From Felis catus (lineage: Eukaryota): a DNA stretch of 64,000 bases. Position 1 is the first letter of the stretch; each line of letters begins with the position of its first letter. The notes beneath the pieces were generated by a model. It saw only the letters and a program-made list of their open reading frames with translations, was not told where the DNA came from and did not search any database. A program made the position numbers and the translations under genes. Location: contig NC_058368.1 in NCBI RefSeq assembly GCF_018350175.1, positions 230,270,001 to 230,334,000 on the forward strand, in the 5' to 3' direction. Shown one piece after another: positions 40,781 to 56,196 of this stretch.

Positions 40781-42165
40781 AGAGAGAAAGCCCTTGCGGG
40801 AGCTCTGGAGCCTGATACTCAGTGGCAAGTGTCTCCCCCACCCCCCCCACCCCCCCAGTGCAGTGGGTACAATTTCCTTGTCCAGTATCCGTTGATTTCA
40901 ACATTGTCAATGGTAGACATAGCAATAGCTCACTTGTTGCACAGTTCCTACATAGGGGATGTTTAACACCCTTCGTGTCTTTAAAGCAAATGATGATCCC
41001 ATGAGGCCATCTCGTTCTCTTCATGCCACAGTCAGGAAGGTGGAGCTTAACAAGCTCGGTAACTCCCTCGTCTCATACCCAGAACTGGCCAGAAGGCCTG
41101 GATAGGAGCCCACTTGTCTAACTTCAGAAGCCAGGCTCTGAATGAATTCCCTGCCCCTGGCCCCAAATGGGCCAAAGTGAAGTACAAATATGAGCCTGAC
41201 GATATTCTTGCATCTGCCTCTGCCTTCTCTTCCTCCTGGAATACTGGAGCTACTCCTGTTTCTGCTTAATTAACTGCATTTCACACCCTGTTTTCACGTT
41301 TGAAGCCAATGTCCTTACAGTCTTTCCTGCTGCAAGTGTTTTGTTTTGTTTTAAACCCTCTCATGATATTCTCTTTCAATTTAAAGTCCCTGGAGAGTTT
41401 TTGGCATGGTTAGGTCGCTCACCTTACTATTACTACTTTTTTTAATGAGTATGTTTTTGTTTTTGTTTTTTTAGATTTCTGTATAATTTCCTGATCTCCT
41501 CCATATTGTCCTTCTTTCCTGTTAATCATTGTACTTACTGCATCAGCTATTAACACTTTGGAATAGAAAAGAATATATTTTCTGGTATTAGTAACCATTT
41601 TCAGCAAGCTTGAATATAGATACTACTTTCCTGAAGGGGGAAAAAATGAATTTATCTGAAAAATGTCAGGTGTATTTAGTTTTCTGCTTTTGCCCTGGAT
41701 TTGCTGGCTACCCTGTCACAGCTCTTCTAGAAAATGAAATTTTGTTTGCCTCTGTACATTTGTTCTTCTAAAAAAAGGTTAGGCCCGGCCTAAGTCTTAA
41801 ACCCCTGCCATCGTGATATAAAACACATTGTTCATACGTTATTAAAACATGAATTCTAATTACACATGTTTGTAAGTTTGCGAGAAAATAGAACTCTTCC
41901 AGAAAATGCGTAAAGACATAAGACAGATTTCCTGGTTCTGAACTTAATGTTCATTAGTCTAAACTGGTCATTTTGAAACAATCCATCAGGACAGTCTTCA
42001 TCATTTCAAAGACCGCTCCTCAGAGTATACATACATTTTTTGTTTAGAAAGTTTTTCTTAAATGTGTTTCTACTTTTCACCATGCCTCAGTGGCTGTTCT
42101 CCTAATTTTGATTATTGTAAGATGAAATATTATAATTCATTGGAAATGAGAAGCCCTGAACTCTT

Positions 42166-42368
42166 TTTTAATGTTTCTTTTTTAAGTTTATTTATTTATT
42201 TTGAGAGAGAGAGCACAAATGGGGAGGGAGAGAGAGAGAGGGAGAGAGAATTCCAAGCACACTCCACGTTGTCAGCACAGACCCAATGCGAGGCTCGAAC
42301 CCAGGAACTGTGAGATCATGACCTGAGCTGAAGTAGGATGCTTAACTGACTGAGCCACCCAGGCGCCC
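42166..42368 (-). mobile_element. Can-SINE with perfect 19-bp TSD
   Basis: tgagaagccctgaactctt at 42147-42165 and 42369-42387. Confidence 0.94.
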
Positions 42369-43448
42369 TGAGAAGCCCTGAACTCTTAATTAAAACTCAG
42401 TTCTCAGCATTAGAATGTTTTCCTCTGGTTCACTTTATAACTTTTTTGTCATTTGGCACAATTTCCTTAACTTCTTTTCATAATTGTTTGCTCAATGTGA
42501 CATAATTTTTGGGGTGTTTGATTTGGCATATGTCCTGTAATGCGAGAGAGGACAAAATAAACTCTCTGTCACCCACTAATAAGCACTCAGTAGTCAGAGT
42601 TGAGGGGTATCGTTTATAATTGAAATCCTACTCCTTAGAGCCTGGATACTCCTGGATACAAATGGTTGTACCCAGACACTGGCTGTTTTTTGGATATCTT
42701 CTGATCTGCAATGCCAGTAAAGAAATTGTACTGTCTACGGCTGATCATGGCTAACAACTGTTGCAACAGTTAATGACTGGTCCCATTCTGTTAACATGAA
42801 AGATGCTATTTGCATTGTATTTGGTCATTAAACCTTAGACGTCAGATATTTTTGAGAACCAGATAAAAACAATGCCATGCAATGAACTGACAAGAATCCA
42901 CGAAGGAAGCATAATTGAAATTCAGTTTGGGACTAGTCAAACTGACATTAATAACTGGTGGAGACTCTTCCCAGAACAATGTAGACGTTTCGAAAAGATG
43001 CAGGTGCTTCTGGAGAAGCCAGGTCGGCTCGTTATTTTGTCTGGGTTGCAGTCGGGCACCTCCTCCCACCTGCCTACCCTTCCCCGAATTTACCTGCTAC
43101 TGTGACAGCTTTAGTTGAAGAAGAGGCATATGGAAATCTTTGGGGAATTGCTTTCCAGGAGCTAGAGCAGTCCTGTGTTTACTGCTCTAGGACTAATTGT
43201 GGAAATAGGAGCCCTGCCCCACCCTACCTCCCCACCCCCAGGCCCGCAGTTTCTTTCTTTTATTCAGGAAAATTCGCGACATTACTAAGTTTGCCTTATA
43301 CTCTTAATAAAATTAATGTGACATCACCTGAACACTTCCTGAATCTTCTCAACTTGAACAATAAAGACCTACCCATCCATGATGCCTTATAAATGGTCCC
43401 TATGCATCCTCTGCGTTTGGGTTCTCCACAGACTTTATTTTCCTTTGA

Positions 43449-44150
<702 letters not shown>

Positions 44151-46758
44151 TGATCTTGCGTTTGATTTGGAATACGGGCATTGATCATGTGTCTCTGTCT
44201 AGTATCTTTTGGGGTTCAACAGCAAATAATAACCTCTCCAATAAGATGTGAAACAGCTCTCTTTCGTGCAACAGAAATTGAGGAGTTGGGGATTCAGTGG
44301 TTCGACTTCAGGTATCCCGGTCTAAGCGCCGCCTTGTCTCAGTGGAACCATGTTTGGTCACTGCGTACCCATGTTTCTGTATTCATGCCTTCCGGGTTAT
44401 ACCCAGAATTGAAAATTTAGAAAATCCAATTACCTTTATTTTTCTGTGTCCAGAAATAAACATTAGGTTGACATTGTTTGGGCGTCGATAAAAACTTGGG
44501 TGTAATATCAGAGAAATTCTTATTACTGAGTGGTGTTTCTTTTTTGCTTCCTTTTTTCCAGCACTGGTGAGATATTTAGTGGTGCTCTACTTCTGAAGTT
44601 TAGAATTGGTTTAGTGATGTTTTATTCATAACCATTTGATTTATGCTGATAGAGTCCCATAAATATATATCTGCATCTGTGAATACTATAGATATGTCAG
44701 ATTTCTGGTATTTCTTTATAGCAGGGCATATCACTTGGCTCTGGTAAGTGTACTTAAAATTCGTCTCAAGGAATTTTCTCTGATAGAGCACACAAGTGCA
44801 TATGTACTGTATTGAGGAGTTCCATAGATTCTTTTGTGGGAAAGAAATCGCTTCTACAAACATAAAAGGAATAATGGGACCATTTCATAGTATTTTTTGA
44901 GACAGCTCCTTTAGCACAATTCAGACTGGCTTTGAGGGTCCATGTTGAATATTATATTTGATGGAGGCTCCATGATAAAAATAAATTGTAATAAATGCTC
45001 ACTGTTAACTACTAGAAATAAGAAGTGTGCTGACATTACATCGTACAGTGTCTGCTTATCCAGATCTTCAGTTTCAAAGGTCCTGAAATCTGCCCCAAGT
45101 CCTTAAGCACTTTCGCTGGCGTGGGTAAAATGTTCTTCAGATAACACCTCAGCACTCTCTTAAGTATTTGTTCTTGACGTGCTACTGAAAACATACAGAA
45201 ATAGAAGAGTGGTAAACTCGTAGGAAATGGTAACTAGAAAAATACATCGTTGAATTGGTATTGCTTTATTTAGCACCGTATATTTAAATGAGGGTAAACA
45301 TTTTATCTCCAGTGGAAAGGTTTTAAATTTTCATATTAGGAAAAGTTGGCTTAGCAAGAAACCAAATGTACTTGTTTCCCTAGCCACAGCCTAGCCTCTT
45401 TATTTTATGCTGTATATTAAATGCATTTGATTTTATTAAATGGTGTATCCTTTCTATTTTTTATTACTGTCATTTTTACGACCTTTTTTTTTCTTCTTTC
45501 AGTGTATTGCCATGGCTCTCTTACCTTTTTAAGTTATGGATTGTGTCACCAATATTTACTGCATACCCACTATAAACCAAAAAAGGGAAACACCAATAAG
45601 CAGTGTTAATCATAAACAAGGCAGTATTGGCTATTAATTTTGTGTATGTGTAAAATTTATGTGTAAGCCATTGTGTCATATGAATTACAAATTCGCCGTT
45701 ACTTTCAAGAACGCCAGTCGTTAGCCCTTAACTATGTGTTAAATCTGAAAAAAAAAAAAAAAAAAGCATTCCACCATCCTCAGCTCGCATATACAACAAA
45801 ACAGAACCATATCTAGAACCAGAACTAGATTGTCATGGCTTAGTTAATACAAAAGGAACTAATAATCTGGCATCATCCAAAAATGGATAGAGCTTACAAT
45901 ACAGTAATGCCTTTCTTGTAGAGTTTTCTTTAAAAAAGGGAACATGTCACAGTGTTCAGATTTAACTGACAGACGTCTCAAATCTAAAATTCAAGTCCAA
46001 ATTACGATGATTCTCCTATGACGAGACTTTTGCATCTTCCTTTGAATAATAAATTTTGATTGTTATCAGGTGAATTTTGCTCGAACTAATAGGTTTAACT
46101 TCCAGGGTTCAGAATTGTTTATTTTGGCACTGTGACCCATGATTTAAAGCTTTTCAGTCCTTAGACTTTTTTCAAGCTTTTATACATACATTGTTAAAGA
46201 GAATTTTTTTAACATTTTATTTATCATTAAAATACCAGACCATGTAAGCCTCTGCTGTTCCCAACATGTTTATAGCACGTTACAATTCTCAAAGCACTTT
46301 TACTTACATCTTTGACGTAATTCTCCTTTGTGGAAGGAAACTGATAGGTTTAGTGCCTTGAATAAATGGAGAATTAGAGTGTTAAATGACATTGCAGATC
46401 ACACTGCTGGCAGGTGGGTACATGGGCTAGAATCCATACTTTTAGGACTCAGAAGCACGTGTTGGCATGAACATCTTAATTTTTTCATAAAAAAAGGAAA
46501 AGGAAAGAATATACTCCCGTGTCTTATGATTATTTTCAGAGGGTGATTGAATGGTAGTACCTGGTGTTTGGGTGTAGGAGTTTGGAATGATGAAAGAAGT
46601 GATAGAAATTACGGAGATCAGTCTCCTTGCTCTGCTGATTGCTAACTGGATGTGTGGTCTTTGTTTTATTTTTTTATTTTTTTTTTGGCTTTCTTTTCTA
46701 ATACCTGCCTTATGTATCTTACTGCAGACCAGGGTATTTTTCTGTGGAAGAGTTTTAG

Positions 46759-46803
46759 TATTATTTATTTATTTATTTTCTGAGAAAGAGCAAGTAGGGG
46801 AGG

Positions 46804-46842
<39 letters not shown>

Positions 46843-46968
46843 CCCCAAGCTGGTTCTGCTGTCAGAGCAGAGCCCTATGTGGGGCTCTGTTCCACAAACC
46901 AATGAGATCATGACTTGAGCCAAAATCAAGGGTCAGACGCTTAATGGACTAAGCCACCCATGTGCTCC
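46759..46968 (-). mobile_element. Can-SINE (diverged)
   Basis: T-rich tail, (GA)n, head ...aagccacccatgtgctcc. Confidence 0.85.
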
Positions 46969-49053
46969 TGGGTTTCAGTATTATTCAGTGAGAAGCTTTC
47001 CAGAAAATACTGTACCTTAAAATAAGAATTTGAAATCAGGATAGCTCCAATTCAGTCATTAGACTTGAAACCAGAGACTCAGCTCTTAATTCCTCTGAAC
47101 CACAGCATGCAAAAAATTGGTTCTGAAGGCTTGCATTTTTCTCACATGCTGGCTCCGTCGTATATGGAGGCAAAACTTTGGTCTTTTTACTTTTGACTGC
47201 CCCCGGGATGTACTCCAACAAAGAATGCACAGAAACCTTTTTTATACAGAGAGATGATAAAATCTAATTTCCTTTTTAGAGTCAGCAACCCCTGAGAAAA
47301 TTTACATCCATATGTTTTTGTTTTCCAAGAAGTTTTTATTTTTTAATTGCATGTGTGAATCTCTTAAGGATTGTTAGCATGGCTAATATATTTTCAGTGC
47401 CCTCCAAATTCTGAATTTTATACATTGTTGTTTTCAAACACATAGGTCAAATACAAATCTTAACATCAAGTAATATGAAAGAGGTTTTAGTGATGTTGGG
47501 AGTGATAAGTCATAGCATCCTTATTTTAAAAATCTGATTGATGAAATAACTAGAACAACATAATGTAAGACTGGCGTACCTGTGTGTGCTAAAAGTACTA
47601 TAAATGTTCTTATCCATAAAAGGAAACTTATGGCTTAGCCATTTCCTGTCATAACTTAGCGTGTAGGTTGTAGTAGGAATAACATCTTTTAATCTTGTTG
47701 ATGAATCCCTTTTCGAGATATTGTAATTCGTGATGTGCACAATCTCCAGCAATTTTTCAAACATGTTAAAAGAATCTCACTTATTATAAACCTGGTTTAA
47801 ACTTAAACGCTGTCTTCTTTTTGTTACTCAACATAACAGAAATAAATACAATGGCACATCTTTAATGCTGACTTTGGGCCCAGATTTGCACCTGCCTTCT
47901 AGTTGGTTCTATGAGACTTCTATTCCATAGAGTTCCTTTGTTTCAAGCCACAATTTTTGAACAATAATAAAAAAATAGTCATTTTTCTAAGGAATCCTAA
48001 GGAATTGCCTACTGCATTTCTACTGTGTTTTATCTATTTTAGGAAGCGATTAAAGTTATTTTACTATTGGATGTTATATTAGCAAATATTATTTAGTAAT
48101 GCTGCTTATAAATATCTTATCAGTAGGTAAACCTGGGTTAAGAATGTTTTCCAAAGGCTGTTTCTTCATTGCCCACTACAAAACCACATGTACGGCAGAC
48201 AGTGAATGAATGAATACTCAGGAAACAAAACATACTACAACAATGCTTTTTAAAAGGTGAAGATTTGAAAAATAATTTTCAATTCTTTAGTAACGTTTAA
48301 GACACTATTACGTAACTTACATGACATGGCTGAAGTGTTTACAGTGAACACAGTTACATGGTATTCTTCATTGTCCCGTTCTCTTAGATGGTGGGATCTC
48401 TGGGGAGCTTGGTTTTCACTTCAGATGCTCAATAATCATTTATTTAACTGCGGCAAAATACAGCGTTCACAATTTACAGACCATCTGAGTGTGAAGAGTA
48501 TTTGGAAGTCACTTATTCAGTTAGGCTGAAAGCAAGCCTAACAGTTGGCATTCAGTCTCTACTTGAATGCCTCTAAGCCACGGGCCACTCACCATCTCCT
48601 GAAAGCATTTTATTAATTCTTCGAGTAATTCAAGCCTATAAACTAATTTATAGTGATACAAAACCTGCACATCTTGTAAGTTCATCCCCTGACCTTGTTC
48701 CTGACCTTTGAAATCACATGAGATCATGCCTATCCTCCCTCCCAAGGCCAGCCCTCGAAGACACTTACACCACCTCCCCAATGCCCGGGGCTCCTGTCTC
48801 TGTGCTGGCTGCGTCCCTTCCCTGAGCTGTGGTTTCCAGGCCCTCCTCTGGGAGCCCTGCAGTGTCCTTCCCGGTCGTCTCCTGCATCACCAGAAGCGCG
48901 GGAAGGGAGCAAGCGTTACCTTCGGGCAACCTGGGGTCACAGTAGGTTTTCTTGCGAGTAAGATGAGAATGTTTGTGACAGAGATGATGATAACGATGGT
49001 AATTTAAAAAATGAATTAAAGTAATATATTTTGTACTCAGTGGTAAACTTTTT

Positions 49054-49298
49054 TGGGATTTTTATTTTATTTTTATCTTATTTCAATTTACTTATTCAAG
49101 CTTTCATTTGAATTTCAGTACAGTTAACATGTAGAGTGTAGTATTAGTTTCAGGTGACCAATATAGTGATTCAGCACTTACGTACATTGCCCAGTGCTCA
49201 TCACAGCAAGTGCCCTCCTTCGTCCCCATCACCTATTTCACCCATGCCCTGACCCCCTCCCCACTGGCAACCAACACTTTGTTCTCTATAGTTAAGAG

Positions 49299-49365
<67 letters not shown>

Positions 49366-50475
49366 GCCCTTTGCTCATTTGGTTTGTTCCTTAAGTTCCA
49401 CACATGAGTGAACTAACAGGGTATTTGTCTTTCCCTGACTTATTCACTTAGCATAACGCTCTCTAGCTCTATCCGTGTCATCACAAAAGGCAAAAATTTC
49501 ATTCTTTTTCATGGCTGAGTAATATTCCATTGTATATATGTACCACATCTTCTTTATCCAGTCATTAATCAATGGACACTTGGGCTATTTCCATAATTTG
49601 GCTATCGTAGATAATGCTGCAATAAACATCAGGGTGCATGTATCCCTTTGAATTAGTATTTTTGTATTCTTTAGATAAATACCTAGGAGTGTGATTACTG
49701 GATCATAGGGTAGTTCTATTTTTAACTTTTTAGGAACTGCCGTACTGTTTTCCGGAGTGGCTGCACCAGTTTGCATTCCCACCAACAGTGCAAGATGGTT
49801 TCTCTTTCTCCACATCCTTGCCAACACCTGTTGTTTCCTGAGTTATTAATTTTAGCCATTCTGACAGATATGAGGTGGTATCTCATGGTTTTCATTTGCC
49901 TTTCCCTGATGGTGAGTGATGTTGAACATCTTTTCATGTGTCTTTTGGCCATCTGGATGTCTTCTTTGGAGAAACGTCTGTTCATGTCTTCCGCCCATTT
50001 TATAATTGGATTATTCGGTTTTAGGGGGTTGAGTTTTATAATTTCTTCATAGATTTCGGGTACTAACCCTTTATCAGATATGCCGTTTGCAAATATCTTC
50101 TCTAATGCAGTAGGTTGCCTTTTATTTTCGCTGATTGTTTCCTTCACTGTGCGGAAGCTTTTTATTTTGATGTAGTCCCAATAGTTTACTTTTGCTTTTG
50201 TTTCCCTTGCCTCAGGAGACATACCTAGAAAGAAGTGGTCATGGCTGATGTCGTAGAAGTTACTGCTTTTATTCTCTTCTAGGATTTTTATGGTTTCAGG
50301 TCTCAAATTTAGACTTTTCGTCCGTTTTGCATTGATTTTTGTGTATGGTCTAAGAAAGTGGCCCAATTTCTTTCTTTTGCGTGTAGCTGTCCAGTTTTCC
50401 CAGCACCATTTGTCGAAGAAACTTTTTCCCGTTGCCTTTTCTTTCCTGCTTTGCTGAAGACTAATTGATCATACG
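49054..50475 (-). mobile_element. 5'-truncated carnivore L1, about 1.4 kb, with frameshifted ORF2 C-terminal remnant
   Basis: ORFs 49722-50366 and 49585-49827 give L1 ORF2 motifs ([68 protein letters not shown]). taaacttttt flanks both ends. Confidence 0.95.
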
Positions 50476-51333
50476 ACAGCATTAAACTTTTTAAATATGC
50501 ATTATTTAATTTAATCCTCCCCTAAATCCCTATGGCACAACTCTTCGTAGTGCCCATTTTACATATGGGTAAACTGAGGCCTAGAGCGCTAGAAACTGGA
50601 TCCATACCTGTCCAAATTCTTATCTCGTGTTCATAACTACTATGAATATTGATCCCAATATTAATGTTACAATCATCATAAAATGTAGTCTTTCCACATG
50701 TGACTTCTGTAAGGCTATAAATTAATGATTCGTACCTTGAATTTTTAATTTTCTCTTTAACATAAATGAGGGGCTTCAAGTTCACTTCTTGTTCGCAGTC
50801 ATTGCAGTATCCAATGCTTCAGAAATCTCTGGATCCCAGTTTTGTCATCCAGCATAATTACTGAACACACTGCTCCGTGTCCCTTGGAAACATGAAAGAC
50901 ACACATGCATGTCCTCAGTGAGATTTTATCAGGAGTGGCCAGAGCTGGCCCAAAGGCAGAGCCTTGCGTGTGTTCCCCAGTCTTTGGGCTCCTCCCTCCA
51001 GGTCCGTCTGAAGGCACCTGTGTTCTATGTGGCTTCCCGGTGGAATATTCTAGGGTGAGCTCTGTGGGTGTGATGACAGCATGAAAACAGCTTCATTTTT
51101 CGAAGAGCTTTCAAAGTTACGTGAGAGAGAAAGAGACTGCGGGGCCCTGTGTGAACAAGACAGACATGATCAGAGAAGCACAGAAGAGCAACTGAGTGTT
51201 TTTTGCAGTGTTTTCAGTGTATTTTGCAGTGTTCTTCTTATGCTGTAAATGTATTACTTTAACTAGTAATACAGAAGGGAATGTTAGCTTATACCCCATG
51301 TGAGGATCTGTTTCTTATGAAGTATAGATACAA

Positions 51334-51748
51334 TGTATTACTGTCCCATGGCTGCCATAACACCGTACCACAAACTGAGTAGCTTACACCAACAGGATTC
51401 ACTCTGTCACAGTTCTGGAGGCCAGAAGTCCAAAATCAAGGGGTGGGTGCAGGGCCACGTTCCCTCTCAGGCTCCAGGGGAGGATCCAGCTTCTTGTGGC
51501 CCCGGCCGTTCCGTGGATTGTGGCAGCATCCCTCCTGCCTCTGCCCCAGGCTTCACTTGCGAGCTTCTCTCTCTCCCAGCCCCCTCTCCTCCTCCTATAA
51601 GGACACACCAGTCGTTGTATTTAGGGTCCGCACCAACCCAGTGTGGCCTCACCTTAATTACATCTGCCAAACCCTGTTCTCAGATAAAGTCACGTTCTGA
51701 GCTTCCGAATGGATGTGAACTCTGGGAGGACACTCTTCAGCCAACCAC
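51334..51748 (-). mobile_element. MaLR solo LTR (MLT1-type)
   Basis: tgtatta..ggctgccataaca..taccacaaactg, cacagttctggaggccagaagtccaaaatcaagg, terminus ..cagccaaccaca. Confidence 0.85.
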
Positions 51749-51799
51749 ACAAGCCTTAGTGTACATTTACACTATTTACACTATGAAATAGTTGTACAC

Positions 51800-51998
51800 A
51801 GGGCTCCTGGGTGGCCCAGTGGGTTAAACGTCTGACTGAAGCTCAGGTCATGGTCTCACGGTTCATGGGTTCAAGTCCTGCATCAGGCTCTCTGCTGACA
51901 GCACAGAGCCTGCTTTGGAGCCTCTGTCTCCCTCTCTCTGCCCCTTCCCCCCCCCAAATAAATATATGAACATTTTTTAAAAATTTAAATAAAAAAGA
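51800..51998 (+). mobile_element. Can-SINE with TSD
   Basis: TSD aaatagttgtacac at 51786-51799 and 51999-52012. Confidence 0.92.
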
Positions 51999-54599
51999 AA
52001 ATAGTTGTACACCGAAGATAGGACTTGAGGTAGGGTTTGTTAAAGATAAAACAACAAAATTGAAAGTTTTTAGATCGGTTTGTATTTTTAATTATGAAGA
52101 CATTTCTTCAGGAAGAGTGACATGGTTGAACATGTAAGGTCTGAGCACAGTATCTCTGTTGTTACTGGTTCACATGGCTGGTGGTCTTTGCTCCGGCTGG
52201 AGAGAGATGGGTGAACTCAGCTCTTTTCTTGGCCTTTGGGCGTGCTTGAATGATGAGTGCTGCCTTGCTCATATCGTGAGGGTTGGTTTCAAGCTAGGTA
52301 AGATCTAAAACTTCACATGGGCTAACGCACCGACAGCAACAAGGGGCCGTGGGGGAGGTGCTGGAAGAAGCAGGGGGGGTCATAGTCAGCTCTGCCATGG
52401 GTAGCTTGCAACAAAGATGCACCATCATCTGACTGGGAGAACCAGTGAGCGGACCAATCCATAGAGTAAATATGATAGTTATTCATTCCTTTATTTTGTT
52501 TCATTAAATAATTGAGTAGAAATTCCAGTGTTCTCCCTTCTCAGCCCGACAGATGATCTTGCACAGCCCTGCAGTGTAGACTCACCTCAAATGGGAGAGT
52601 GGAGGGGGTCACCTGGGGAAAGGGATTCGCAGCCAATCGCGATCCTGGAAGTGACGCTCTGCCCTTAGCATCCGTGTACGCGAAACAGTGATGGTATCGT
52701 CATCTTCCTCATAAAGTTGTGAGATGAGAATTGTTAAGACTCTGACATCTTTGGGATATTTCCTTGCACGGGGAAAGGCCCGTCATAGGCTGTGTCAGGA
52801 CTGCTGTCCCGCCCCCTGGGACTGCAGCCACCAGTCCCCTCCCCCCTACGCCCCCCCTCCCCCCGCCATCAAGACACCCCCAGGGATGGAGTCAGAGCCA
52901 TGGGAAACATGGGTGAAGGCAGAGAGGCCAGAGCTGTCTAGTTGGAAGGACAGAGAGCCCAGGAGCTGGGAGGCCAGTGTGGGAGGGGATCTGGGGAGCC
53001 CCGTGCAAGGAGGTGGGGTAACTGAGAGCCCAGCCCTCGTGGCAGGAGAAACAGGAGTGCAAGATGGAAGGGAGGACTTCGCTGCAAAAGGATTTTTTTT
53101 TTTTGGTTTGTTTTACAAAAGCCTCCTTTCCGGAATTCCTTTTATCAGTTTAAAGGAAAGCAGTGTTCTCACACAGTACTTGTCTGTGCCAGTATTGATT
53201 TTTCCCGCAGCCAAGGATACTCGTTTTGCCTCCTGTCCTAAAAATCACTCGTAAAGAGTAAACAAGTGCACTTTTAAAACAGCAACTCATTTCTAATACG
53301 ACGCCCCCACCTCGCTGATACCAAAGCAGACTCAGGCCAGGGAGCGCCACGACATTCCACGGTAAAGAGCCATGACACGGAGTCACGACTGACAAGCAAC
53401 TACGTGCAGGGTACTAATGAGCTCATGGTTAACGGCCACTCCGTCACTTGTGCTGGAAGTCTCCGTGTTGTGCTTTCCTGGCAAACAGACTTTTCTCTTG
53501 AGAACCGACCTCTTCTTTGCCTTCAGTCCACGGGCTCTGACTAAACCAGACGCTGCCCCAAGTTTGAAGGGGAGCGTGCAGTCCACACCCGCTCCAAGAG
53601 CTCACGCCTTGCAGGCCCCACAGACTAGCCAGGCCTCCAGGTGTGTGGATGAGTCTGAGGAACCCATCTGTCTCGAGCGGGCTACATGCATTCTGGACTT
53701 TTCCACCTCATTTAGGTCAAGAAGCCAAATCCAGGTTAGGTAGAGCCGACACACGCCCTTTTGTCTGTAAAGTTTCCTGCCCCCTGCCCAGTCTCTCCAG
53801 AGCTGGCTGTGATGGTCTGCAGTTAGGTTCCACTATGCGGCCAAGAACATTCATCTTTGGTCACTCTACTTGTATGTCTAATGATTTAACAGTGTAAATT
53901 GAGTGTATACACTCTTCCCGGAACTTTCCTTTAACCTTCTGCCTAAAGCCAGCTGCACTCTGTGTCCCAGAAATCGAGATTTTTGTCTTTCCCCCAATTC
54001 AAAACAACTGAGAGGTTCTATTCAATAATTAAATTATCATGAAATCTTTCCCAAATAATAGGAGAGACTAACTCCAGTGACACCTTCCAGCATCAGGGTA
54101 CCTTGGATCCCTAGAAGTCAACACTCTTGTGGAATGTCAAGCATTTCAGTCTAATTTAGGGCCCCCAACAATGGTAAGTACAGTGATAACTCATAATAAA
54201 AATAAAAGTAATTGGTCGTTCGAAGGAATGGCATATTGACCTCCTAAGTAAGACAAACAATAATTTTTCAGGGTTACTCTTATGCTTTGAATGTGTTACT
54301 TTACCTAGTAACTTACGTTCCTTCCTGCTTCTCAGTTATTCTCTGTTTTTTCACTGATAATCAGATCCATGTGTGTGATGTGTGTCTTACCTGTTGGATT
54401 TAGATGTTTTCATACTGAAAAGTATAGGATCTTGCAGGTGAAGTCATGCCTTGTACCCATCACTGAGGATAAACAGAGCTCTGAGACAGGAAGCTACAAA
54501 CGAGACGGAGGAAGTCAATCTCTTCATCTTTAGTGTGAAAGAACTTATCAGACTATTTCAGAGCACAAAAGGGATGTAAATATTAAAAATGATGCCCCT

Positions 54600-54816
54600 T
54601 GGGGGCACCTGGGTGGCTCAGTTGGTTAAGGGTCTGACTTCTGCTCAGGTCATGATCTCGCAGTTCGTGGGTTCGAGCCCCGCCTCGGGTTCTGTGCTGA
54701 CAGCTCAGAGCCTGGAGCTTGCTTCGGATTCTGTGTCTCCCTTTCTCTCTCTGTCCCTCCCCCACTCACACTCTGTCTCACTCTCAAAAATAAGCACTAA
54801 AATTTTTTTTTAAAAA
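54600..54816 (+). mobile_element. Can-SINE with TSD
   Basis: Flanks aaaaatgatgcccctt and aaaaatggtgcccctt. Confidence 0.92.
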
Positions 54817-55286
54817 ATGGTGCCCCTTGGAAACAAGTTGAGAACCAAAATTAAGGGGCCCCCTTTCCCTGAAATCTCATGGAGAATTTGAGACCTGTAG
54901 ATCCACAGGAAGCTCCAAGATCCAAATGCTCCACTTGGGTGCACTGCCTTTATTCCATGTCCAAATACTCCCTGTTTACTTCCCACTTGATACTGTTTAG
55001 GGTTCTTGGAGGGAGTTTGAAGGAATCAAAAGACCATTTTGTGCTTCAAAGGGAATCAAAGGAATGTTGTATGGGTCCATTATTGAATGAGCTCATAAAA
55101 GTGCTGACAACATCCTCCCCACCATTGTTGGTTCCTGTGGGTGGGGAGCCCTCACCAGGAAAGAGAACCCAAGAAAACTCAGGGTGACAGAATTAGCTAT
55201 GTTGGTCAGTCATTCCTCAGGGACTGTCATTTTCCAGAGGGATCTTGACAATCCCAGATTTGATTATATTAATGAAACTGGCATCT

Positions 55287-55460
55287 GTGTGTGTGTGTGT
55301 GTGTGTGTGTATACATACACATACATATATGGGAGTATACATGCATACGTGTGTGTGTGCTGCATAGATTTTGTGTCTTTGCATATATAGATTGTGTGTA
55401 TATATATATATATAGATAGATACAAACAGACATAGTTTATGTGTGTGTGTGTGTGTATAC
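55287..55460. repeat. GT/AT-rich compound microsatellite
   Basis: Directly visible. Confidence 0.9.
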
Positions 55461-55474
55461 ATGTGTATATTTTT

Positions 55475-55694
55475 TTTTTATTTTTTTTTTCAACGTTTAT
55501 TTATTTTTGGGACAGAGAGAGACAGAGCATGAACGGGGGAGGGGGCAGAGAGAGAGGGAGACACAGAATCGGAAACAGGCTCCAGGCTCTGAGCCATCAG
55601 CCCAGAGCCCGACGCGGGGCTCGAACTCACAGACCGCGAGATCGTGACCTGGCTGAAGTCGGACGCTTAGCCGACTGCGCCACCCAGGCGCCCC
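55475..55694 (-). mobile_element. Young SINEC_Fc-type Can-SINE with 17-bp TSD
   Basis: TSD tacatgtgtatattttt at 55458-55474 and 55695-55711. Confidence 0.95.
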
Positions 55695-56196
55695 TACATG
55701 TGTATATTTTTACACAAGTTATCTGTTTATTGGCTCTGCACACATTTATCTGGAGATACGACTTTGCAAAACTTACAAAAGCACAATATTATTCACGTGA
55801 CAAAAAGACACAGTAACAGGGTACTGATTTTCCTCCTTGTCTACTTATCTGCCGGCCTGCTCTCTCACACCATGCTTTGCTTTTATTTTGTTTTTCCACT
55901 TTTTTTTTAAGTCATTCTAAAAATAATCCGTTCTTTAAATCAATGTTGATAGAGTGTTAAAAATGAAAAATAGAAATTCACAAAACCGGAGAAACTCAAG
56001 ATTTGTTTCCCCTGCAGAAATATGGATCCTTCACAGTAGCTATCAGAACATTGAAAAACACATTCTGGTTGTTTGTTGACGCATTTAATAGGCATCCACA
56101 TGTTTCCGCTCAACCTTTTGAAATTAGGTGCCATTTTAAAGTATGCTATCCTCAGAGAACTTGACTAGTTCTTAATTTAAAAGAACTTCCTTTCTT

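Noticed and set aside
49585..50366. L1 ORF2-like ORFs as an active retrotransposon or domesticated gene
   Set aside because: 5'-truncated and frameshifted, with no endonuclease or RT domain present.
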